Shown here: piece by piece, positions 11,561-22,077 of the stretch
How positions within the stretch are numbered: position 1 is the stretch's first letter
Layout: every line of letters begins with the position of its first letter
DNA from: Octopus sinensis
Lineage: Eukaryota
DNA: 64,000 bases
Assembly: GCF_006345805.1 (NCBI RefSeq)
Contig: NC_043010.1
Coordinates: 35,216,001 to 35,280,000, forward strand
Reading direction: 5' to 3'
Made by a program: the position numbers and the translations under genes
Notes under the pieces: model-generated
Told to the model about the DNA's origin: nothing
Seen by the model: the letters and a program-made list of their open reading frames with translations, nothing else
Database searches by the model: none

Positions 11561-12464
11561 AGGTGCCAGTTCTAGGTAAAATGCACTCATACAGGTGCTG
11601 TGTAGACACTCCTGTGCTGGTGACATATAGAAAGCATCCAGCACACTCTGTAAAATGGTTGGCATTAGGAAGGCATCCAGCCATAGAAGCCATTCGACAA
11701 CGGGCAATTGGAATCAGGACTGCTCCTTGACTGGCTAGCTCCTGTCAAACAGTCCAACCCATGCCAGTATGGAAAGCAGACGTTAAATGATGGTGACGAC
11801 GATGATGATGATAACTACAGTATTAAATTTGGGATATGGGAATGATTAACTGTGGTAAACAACTTGCTATAAAGTCAGAAGACATCATGGTTCGATTCCA
11901 TCACTGGCACAGTACTGCATCTGTAAAGAAGACATTTCACTTCTAAATGGTCAAGCCTAACAGTTGAATATTGTACAATGTAATGACAATACAATCACAA
12001 TTAGAAATAGTGGTAGCTCTGTATAATTGCTGAATGTTCTCTTTTCCAATGCAGAGTTGAAACCTGACAATGAAGATAATTAAGAGCTGGATGGGTTATG
12101 TCAGACTTCATCGAAATGGTAGCCATTCAACTAATTGGTTATGATTTCCAGGATATCACTAACTGACAGATACTTCATTTTCTCTCTTTGCTTCTTCTAT
12201 CACAACTATTAAAATCCTTTATTGTTCCACCCAGGTCTACCTGTTTCTCCTCATCCAAGAGTATGCTTTCACAGACACTTCCCAGACCATTTTTTTGCAC
12301 CTAATAATGTTACCTCTATAGAATTCCCACCCCTGTAGATATTGATATCAAAACTTGGCACAACGCCAGTAATTTTGAGTAAGAGGGCAAGTTGATTACA
12401 TCAACCCCAACGTTCAGCTGGTACTTATTTTATCGACCACAAAAGGCAACTTTACAGAAATAAT

Positions 12465-12765
12465 TCCTCCTCCAGCTTGGAACTTTCAAAGAATTCCTCC
12501 CACTCCTCGAAAATTTCCACAAAGTAATTACTACACCTCCTCAGAAAGTTCCGAGGAAGGTGTCTTCCTGGTAAGTTCCAACAGGGGAGGGACTTCCTGG
12601 AAAATTCCGAGGGGATGACGGATTTCATGGAAAGTTCTGTGGGGAGATAGACTTCCTGGGAAGCTCCAGGGGGTGGATTACTTACTGGAAAGTTTCAGGA
12701 GGGGTGGAATAACTTCCTGGAAAGTTCCGAGGAGGGGTGGAATTACTTCCTGGGCAGTTCCGAAA
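12465..12765. repeat. GC-rich ~30-33-bp minisatellite with an orientation switch near 12545
   Basis: GGAAAGTTCCGAGGAGGGGTGGAATTACTTCCT-like units on the right; reverse-complement-like units (AATTCCTCC..CTC..GGAACTTTC) on the left. Confidence 0.65.
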
Positions 12766-13062
12766 GCCTGGCTGAAACTGTTAAAACTTTCACACATGCC
12801 TGGTGACAAGGCAACGCTGTGTATTTATGTGCAGGTTGAATGACAGTTTAGCTGCACTAATCAAATCATGCATAGATAGATACTGTTCCACCAAAATGAA
12901 ATAGTTCTCCTACACATGCATACATACATACATACATACGTACGTACACACATACATACATCCATACATAAATTTATATCTAATATAGGATAAAATTTTC
13001 AAAAACATTTTATCAATAGCCAGCATATTAAAAAAATACCTTTAAAGGTTAAATTTATAAAC

Positions 13063-13286
13063 AACTTATAAACAAGGGCAAAAGAAAAAGTTTCAATGCC
13101 AAATATGCCAAAAATAGACTTAATCGAAATTGGGACCGAGCCAATAATAACGAAATTTTAAGAAATTTCTATCAGCTTGCTTTCGAGACGCGTGCTTATA
13201 GGGATAAATTATATGGTTATTGACGATTAAGTCTATTTTCAGCATATTTGGCATTGAAATTTTTTTCTTTTGCCCTTGTTTATAAG

Positions 13287-13288
<2 letters not shown>
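13063..13288. mobile_element. MITE-like element with ~64-bp imperfect TIRs
   Basis: AACTTATAAACAAGGGCAAAAGAAAAA...TTTTTTCTTTTGCCCTTGTTTATAAGTT. Confidence 0.7.
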
Positions 13289-13317
<29 letters not shown>

Positions 13318-15069
13318 CATACATACATACATACATACATACCTATATACAAACGTGTGCATCTTTGAGTCTGTGTTTGTCATGGGAGTGTTGGTGTCAT
13401 GACGAGTGTTGGTGTGTTTATGTCCTCACACGCAATAAGATGGCAAAAGAAACTAACAGATTAAGTACCATGTTAAAAATAAAAGTACTGAGGTTGATTC
13501 ATTCAACTAGAATTCTTCAAAATAGTGCCCCAGCATGGCCATAAGTCTACTGACTGAAAAAACATACATACATACATACATGCACACATACACACACACA
13601 CATACATACATACATACATACATACATACATACATACATACATACATACATACATACATACATACAGACATGCATGCATGCATACATATATGAAAAGAAA
13701 AACACAAATTCATATTAAAATGACTGGATTATAGTTTATTGCTTGATTTGAAGTGCACAGTGTAGTTAAGTCTTCTGTATATGAAATATTAAGAGTTACT
13801 GATGGTAGTTTATGAGAGTCATGGAAAGTTGCCAGACAATAGTATCAGATATTTTGGCAACTGGCATTGAAATTTTGGTACAAATGTATAATTTGCATTT
13901 TTCTACAGTTTGTGATGATGTGAGATACCAACTATACATTAAAGTATAATTCACAACTCATACATATGTACATACATACATACACTTGTATCTAGACAAC
14001 ATATTTATAGTAAAACAACAAACAACCCAACACATGCTATATATATATATACATACACACACACTTATGTATACACATACATATACACATGTTCACATAA
14101 AATACTCACACACATATAGATTTAACAAACATATATATATATATTTATTAAATATACATACATAACCCCATGCAGAGATGAACACACACATGCACACACA
14201 CGCACACACATCTAAATGACCAAAAATTACATTACAAATACATGAAAACATTCACATTCACATACACACACACATATGTATCTACATATACATACACAAT
14301 TATAAATGCAAATACTTAAACATGTATATGTAGCAGCTTTAACCATGTATGATTATAATTTGTGTAAAAAATAAAATAGCAAAACAGGTGGTGATGATGA
14401 TGATGATATGATGATAGTGGCGGTGATGGTGGCAGTAACTATGGTTGTAATGAGGATGACTTTTGACTAGGCACAAAGTGAATGCTTGTAAGAAAATAAA
14501 GTAGATTACAGGTCTATCAAAAACAAAAAAAAACAAACCTCCCCTACAGGAGAAAACATGAAATGTAAAAGCTGACAGGTAAGCCATTTTTGTATTACAT
14601 ATATGTGTGTGTAGAGTCTGTGTTTGTGTATGTGTGCATGTATGTGTTTGTGTGCATATTTATGCTTGAAACAATATATATGTACAAGTGAAGAGTATGA
14701 AAAAATTTTCTCACACTTCAGGTTTGGAGAATTGAAAAAAATGGACACAACATTATATGCATGAAAAGTTATGCAATCACAACAACCATGCTGATCCAAC
14801 ATGGTTTTAGCTGCAATGGCTAAAATGAACAAAAGAACTATGAACACACACACACACACACTTAATCCATAGTTTCTGACTCTTTGGGAACCCTATTTTG
14901 TCAGACTAACAATTATGGATTTAGATATTTTATTCACTCTCAGATTTGTCTTTAATTATTTTATTCTAAGTAGGCAGGCATAGTTGCCACCCATTAGGAT
15001 ATACACACACAGACACACACATGCATAAAATATACATATATATCTATGTGTGCATATGTATGTATGTAT

Positions 15070-17055
15070 ATATATACCTCCTCGCAGGTAGTGAAGTGGT
15101 TCTCTTCCATCCCCAATAAGAACCGTACTAGGTTCATTCAGTTTGATATCGCCAGCTTCTACCCCTCGATTAACCCTAGTGTGCTAAATAAGGCCCTCTG
15201 GCATGCTCACAACAAGGCAGGCCTCACCAGAGAAGAGATAGATATCATTTTAGTTGCCAGGAAATCTTTTATTAAGTTTGATAATAAGCTGTGGATCCGT
15301 AAGGATACTCCCAATGAATTTGATGTGCCTATGGGTAGTTCGGATAGTGCGCAGATAGCCGATTTGGTCGGAATATATATTCTCTACGAATTGTCCGATC
15401 AATTCCCGGAGATCGCGGGCGGCCTGTATCGTGACGATTGTCTGTTTTACCTGCAAAACACCACGAACAGAATAGTGCAGAAAACTAAGAGCAGGTTAGC
15501 TAGGTTTTTAATAGAATGGGCATGAGTATAGTTTTTGATAACGAACTCACCAAGGCTAATTTCCTAGACGTTACACTTAACCTTAATAGCGACTCATACT
15601 GCCCTTACCATAAGCCTTCCACTAATTTGAAGTATGTCAGTGTCTTCTCAAATCATGCCAAAACCGTAACAGATAATTTGGTTAAAAACATCTCTCTAAG
15701 ATTGTCTGGCCTGTCCGCCAGTGCCGATATTTTTATGCAGAAAGCGGATTTTTATAACGCCGCACTATCCAAGGCCGGTTATAGGCAGAAGGTAATTTAT
15801 ATTGATCCGGCCCTTCCAATGCCATCATTCGGTCATCAGGATAGGGCCGTATATAATAACATTAACATTTTAAGTAAGGACGGGAGCGCGGCGGATACCG
15901 GGGTAGTCGCTCCCGCATTTAATTTAGCGAACAAGGATAATTATCGGTCCGGGAGGTCTTACACTAACCCAAGACCCGTTATTCATCCGAGAATCACCCA
16001 CCCAAATGCGAGAGCTGGCGTCCCGACCCATCACACTGATAGGAATAAGCATATATGGTTTGTAATCCCCTTTGGTAAGCAGATTAGAACTAACCTCCCC
16101 CTCATGTTTAGACAAGCCATCGCCAATAACTTCCCCAGAAATTCCAAATATTACTCCACGGTTAACTCACATAAAGTTAGGATAGCTTTCTCCAACACTA
16201 AAAACCTCGCCCAGATAATCGCCTCCCATAATAATAGGCTACTCACTAAGACCCTATCACCTTTTTCCGGAGGCACAGCCTCTTCCGCTCCCGGTTTAAT
16301 GCTCAGTAGGAATAATTATAGTAGTAATAATGATATGAGAGCCAGTACAGTGACACATAATCTCAGCTCCAGCCAGGGAGTACCCACTAGGGGTATAGTT
16401 ATAAATAGGGGTGTTGTGGTTGATGGTAACAATGGGAGTAGGGTAGAGAGCCCCTTAGCATCCCCAGCATCATTTCCGCAATAGCAGTACCACGGGCAGT
16501 AGCAATGACAGCACTCTGATAGATAGTGGAGAATCAGGGGTTATTCCTATAGTTAATAGTGACGTAGTGGAAAATAGAGTAGTAAGCGGCTGCAGGTCTC
16601 GGAACGAATATAGTGACAGGAACGCAGTTCTAATTTCAGAAACCAATCCTAGCAGAGTAAGATTCACGTCGGCGAACTCCAAGATCAAAAACGCCGTCTA
16701 CCAATGCAAGGTTTACACGGACTCAGATGCCTTCACTTATATAGGGGCATCGTCCTCAAGATTGTCTTTGCGTGTCTCCAACCATTACGCAACTTTTCGG
16801 GACGTGAACAAGCGCCAGACCACGGGACTCAGTAAGCTAATATGGCGACTGAAGGATGCGAACTTAAGCTATAGGCTGGAATGGTCAATTTTGTCGGTGG
16901 CCCTCCCATTTGATAGGGGCAGAAGACAGTGCAACCTTTGTGTCTCCGAACTCTTCCATATTTTGTTTGCCAGAGGCCGGATGGTAAACGGGCTCTTACA
17001 GTCGGCTTTTCGATGCCCCCATTGGCGGCGTTACACTTATCTGGCCTTTAAATAG
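15070..17055 (+). mobile_element. Penelope-like retroelement (5'-truncated RT + GIY-YIG endonuclease), two frameshifts
   Basis: RT motifs FIQFDIASFYPSI, PMGSSDSAQIADL, YRDD, ANFLDVTLNL, HIWFVIPF; EN motifs AVYQCKV...TYIGAS..LSLRVSNH, LSKLIWRLK, EWSIL, CNLCVSE, CPH; ORFs 15046-15525, 15516-16484, 16567-17055. Confidence 0.93.
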
Positions 17056-17663
17056 CGTTTATAAATAAGACGGCACCCATAGCCCTTGGTAACAAATTCT
17101 GAAATAGATTTAAGATATCTACAATTACCACTGCAAGGGAAATTACTCCTGTAAGACAAACGGGGCTTGTTTTTCACAGCGGGGGGTTTCCTTGTCAAGG
17201 TAGGCTTAGATGAACACACACACCACACACATAAAACATAAAATATATATATATAATTTCTTTATTTTTTTTCTTTCTGCCACCCAACGGTTATCACGGC
17301 AGTAGCCACTGACAGCCGAACGATCAAACGCACACACGTACACAAAAAATGTTTTCTACCCCTACGCCAACACACACATATATAGAACAGTATACACACA
17401 CACACGTCTCTAAGTAGATTTTTTCTCGCCCCTTATAAAACATCCAATATTCTTTAAATAGTCAGAACTTTATTCTCGGTCACAAAGAACGTCTATACAC
17501 CCTCACCCACATGTTTGACCGATGCCTGACCTGTTGAATTCTTCAGCCACCGGTTCTCAACATACACTGATAAACAGTTTCGCCATGGGCTCTTAGGAGC
17601 ACAGTTCGATTTGTTTTTTGCTCTGCCTCTGTTCTGTTTTTGTTTTTCCAACGGATTTCCTTT

Positions 17664-17752
17664 TTTCTTCCTGAAGAGAAAGACACAATATGGTCCCATT
17701 ATTCAATCGGATTTTGGTAATTTGTGCCTTTCGAAACACGTGTAGAATGAAA
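17664..17752 (+). ncRNA. Type I hammerhead ribozyme motif in the Penelope 3' terminal region
   Basis: CTGAAGA 17671-77; stem II GAAAGACACAA/TTGTGCCTTTC (10 of 11 pairs); GAAA 17733-36; palindromic stem III ACACGTGT; GUA triplet (cleavage after 17744); stem I TTTCTTC/GAATGAAA with one bulge. Confidence 0.8.
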
Positions 17753-18094
17753 TAAAACGATTTCTGTTCAATCTGCGTTCAGCTCCATTTCTTCAATTCA
17801 CCAATAATGTTTTAATTTCAATTATCCGCACCAACGCACGGTTGCTACGCCAGATGGTTGTACCTCCAACCGTGCTGTTCACTGCTGTGATTTTTGCTAC
17901 TAAGGTATCGGTTAAACTTTTGATTAATCTACTACAAGATTATTCATCTTTCTATTTCACATAATATATATATATATATATATATATCGGATAGTTGATG
18001 TTTTATTGATTTAAGTATGTTTCTCCATTCTCTAATTTTGTAGTATTTATATATATATATATATATCTATGTGTGCATATATAATATATATATA

Positions 18095-18143
<49 letters not shown>

Positions 18144-18335
18144 TATATATATATAATTAATCATATCAAAGGGAAATGGAAATTAATTAAAATTTTCATT
18201 TCCAGAGGCCTAATGTGTAAAAATTTAGTCCAAAGACTATGTATTAGTCATAAAATACAGTGTACTTTTAAACACACGAGGAATCCACTCGTGGGATTCA
18301 ACACACTAGAAAGAACAGCTAGGTTCTATAACCAC

Positions 18336-18362
<27 letters not shown>

Positions 18363-18366
<4 letters not shown>

Positions 18367-18486
18367 AGTATATGAAAGAATGGAGTTGAACGACTAGTTA
18401 ACAAATATCCTTTATTCTCGACATGTGTTGAGAATAAAGGATATTTGTTAACTAGTCGTTCAACTCCATTCTTTCATATACTTATA
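18363..18486. repeat. Perfect inverted repeat, 57-bp arms, 10-nt loop
   Basis: 18363-18419 is the reverse complement of 18430-18486; loop GACATGTGTT. Confidence 0.95.
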
Positions 18487-18636
18487 ATTTTAAAATAAAC
18501 ATACAAATTTCCGCACGAAGACACGTAGTCTATGCCCTAGGGACGTAGCTTCAACCGTGTTCTTTCTGATGTGAATTTGCTAACCAGGTATCGGTTATCT
18601 TTCGAATTATCCTTAATAAGATAATTCATTCAATTA

Positions 18637-18680
<44 letters not shown>

Positions 18681-18725
18681 TACATATATATACATAAACA
18701 CATACACACACACATATATATATAT

Positions 18726-18960
18726 ATTTCTTTACTACCCACAAGGGGCTAAACACAGAGGGGATAAACAAGGACAGACAAACGGATTAAGTCGATTACA
18801 TCAACCCCAGTGCGTAACTGGTACTTAAATTATCGACCCCCGAAAGGATGAAAGGCAAAGTCGACCTCGGCGGAATTTGAACCTAGAACGTAACGGCAAA
18901 CGAAATACGGCTACGCATTTCGCCCGGCGTGCTAACGTTTTTGCCAGCTCGCCGCCTTTA
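18726..18960 (-). mobile_element. SINE family B copy
   Basis: Minus strand AAGGCGGCGAGCTGGC...GTTCAAATTCCGCCGAGGTCGACTTTGCCTTTCATCC...AAAGAAATA. Confidence 0.75.
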
Positions 18961-20187
18961 TATATATATATACATACATTACATATATATACATAAACAC
19001 ATACACACACACATATATATATATACATACATTACATATGCGCGTGCACACACAGTGATGCAAACAGGAAAAATAGAACTCTAAACATGAATATATGTAT
19101 ATTTTTATTAATCTCAACAGAAGTAACAGAGTGACTCAAGAGCTGAGAGTTGCATTCATTTGGCACTTATCAAACTAGTTTGGTAAGTACCAATGCACAA
19201 AGCTCTCCACCCTTGAATCACTCCATAACTTCCGATAATATTAACAAATATAGATATAATAACAAATTCATAAGCACCCCGAAAAATTAGATTCAACTCA
19301 CAGAATTTTCAATCCCTTAGCATTTCAAACTGGCTACTTCTGGTAAAAGTGAAGCACACATGAAGTTCATCATTTCATCATTTTTGTGTACAAATATATT
19401 GATTTATTTAACACTATTATTATTATTGTTGTTGTTATCTGATATCACTGGACAGGAGACACTACATTACATTATGTGAGTATAACAATATATCTAACAC
19501 TGTTTGCATTATGAAAAGTGAAGAATTAGAGCTTACATTAAACACACCGTCCAACTTTATATAAATACATGAACACATCTGACACTATTACTATTAGTAA
19601 TACTATAAAGTTCAATCTTAGGAGAAACTAATCTAATTTATATGAATGCCAAAGCATTTTTTAGAAAATGTTCCAGAATAGTCTATCTTTCCCTTTCTTC
19701 TTAATTCTCGATTTCTCTTAGAGCAAGGAAAGATTCAGTGCTTTCTCGTCCTTCTCTCTCTCTCTCTCTCTCTCTCTTGTACTAGGTAAGCTGACCTTAT
19801 GGGTAAGATTTTGGGGTCAAGGTTTACTTCAATACATTGCCTCAAAACTCTCTCATTCCTTGTTGTCTCTCTTTTCCTCTGTGTGCATGTGTGTGTGTGT
19901 GTCTGTGCGTGTGCACGCACACACAACACACACCTGTCTATGTTTCTATCTATCTAACTAACTATCTTGCTGCCAGCTAAGTTTGTGATAATGTAAAATC
20001 TAAGCGACTTCATGTGCTACCAAGTGACTCATAAGGCACCAGTACTTAGTTCCAGTTTTACAGCACCAAGCAAATGGGAGACAGATCTCTCCTTGGACAG
20101 GGATCAGTATAAAGCAGATAACAAAAAGTCCCCAGATTTGCTATATATGGCTCCACTTCCTTCCCATTTTATTTTTTATGTGCCTTT

Positions 20188-20480
20188 TTCAAGCCTAGCC
20201 AGGTTCATGGGCCCAGTTTCCCGGTTTCTGTGGCGTATGTGTTCCCCCCAGCTGGATGGGATGCCAGTCCATCACAGCGTTACTCAAGAAACAGGAAGAG
20301 AGAGTGAGAGAAAGTTGGGGCGAAAGAGTACAACAGGGGTCGCCACCACCCCCTGCTGGAGCCTCGTGGAGCTTTAGGTGATTTCGCTCAATAAACACAC
20401 ACAACACCCGGTCTGGGAATCAAAACCGCGATCCTCTGACCGCGAGTCCGCTGCCCTAACCACCGGGCCATTGTGCCTCC
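20188..20480 (-). mobile_element. tRNA-type SINE family C copy
   Basis: Minus strand GGCACAATGGCCCGGTGGTTAGGGCAGCGGACTCGCGGTCAGAGGATCGCGGTTTTGATTCC (A/B-box-like). Confidence 0.75.
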
Positions 20481-21296
20481 ACACAATATAACTATAACTG
20501 CATTTAATTGCACTGTATTGTACAAAACAACATTCAGTAACACCACTGCATAACATTCCAAAGTTTTGTACAATAATACAAAATTGCATGAAAATGCATG
20601 CAGAATTCCTGCATTTATACACCACTGCATGTCATGTCACTAGACAATATAAAACAATACTGCAATGTACTGCACACACTGGGCGACATTATTGCAGCAT
20701 ATGACACATGGGACTACATCATATACATCACTGCAGTATATTAATTGTACATTGTGTGCAGGTCATTACAGCCCTTAGCTTTCTACTGCACAGCCTGGTT
20801 CTGCAGTGCTAAGCACACCAGTGCACAGCAGGGTCATACATTGAATCAATAGAGGGAATGTACACAGACCACCCTTCAGTAAGGGAGAAATAAGCCTCAT
20901 CACCAGAACATCCCCCACATGCAACCATTGTGAACTCTTCTTGAGTTTCCAGTGATATGTTAGAAGGGGGAAAAAAAGGAGAAAAAATATATTCGAAATA
21001 ATAAAAAAATAGCTAATATACATATTTACATTATTTTTGTTGCTGTTGTTGTTGGTCACACTAGTGTGGGTGGTGGTGGTTGTGGTGATGGTGGGGTGGT
21101 TGTGGTGATGGTGGCGGTGGTTGTGGTGATGGTGGCGGTGGTTGTGGTGATGGTGGCGGAGATGATTTCATTGTTCATTGTTACTGCTTGAATTTGTTTT
21201 GTTTTGTTTGTTTTTTTGGCTGCTGTCATTTGGTTTGTTTATTTGTAGAAGTGTTATTTTTATTTCTTTTTTCCTTTTGCAGTAGATATTTTCTAT

Positions 21297-21348
<52 letters not shown>

Positions 21349-22077
21349 ATACATGCATGCATACAACAATATACATATATATCTAACAATACATATATAC
21401 ATGTGTGTTTGTGTGTGCGTGTGTGTCATTTCTTTTAGCTGAATCAATTATCCATTACACTGGACAACTAGTTCATCAAATAGTTCACTGTGCAGTAGAA
21501 CTATCTGATAAACCAGTCATCCAAGGAAAAGTTCAGAGTAACACCCAACAAACCGACTCAGCCAAAATATATTACATTCTATTATAGTAATGGATATTCT
21601 TTTTCCCATCTGCTACCACCTACATACATCATTTACACATACATATAAACAAGGAAAATGAAATATTTAAATGAGTCATTAATGTAATAATATCTGATTT
21701 GGCATCATAGCTAAAATGATAGCAATTTGGCCAAAGATCTTAACTAGCAATGTCACAATTCATACAATTTTAATTGGTAACATCACTCACAGTTCACACC
21801 ATTGGAACCAGGATTGCAGTGAAATGATACTAAATCAGATAAAGTCAATGAATTGCCAAAAACGCAATCATTATTAATACAATTATCAACAACAATTTGG
21901 AATAGGTGAACACTGCCAATTGGCATTGTTATAATTATGTTGTTGATCATGAATTGTCAGTTTAGCAGGAGTCAAAGATGCAATCAGCTTAGTTGCCATC
22001 GTGCTTTTTTGTTATCAAAATTTGCTATGTCTCAAAGAGAAATGCAGTCCATTGAAACATTTGAGGGAGGGAAGCAA

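Noticed and set aside
17495-17550. Minus-strand CTGAAGA...CAAACATGTG hammerhead-like motif
   Set aside because: GAAA absent, no convincing stem II, G at position 17, antisense to the element
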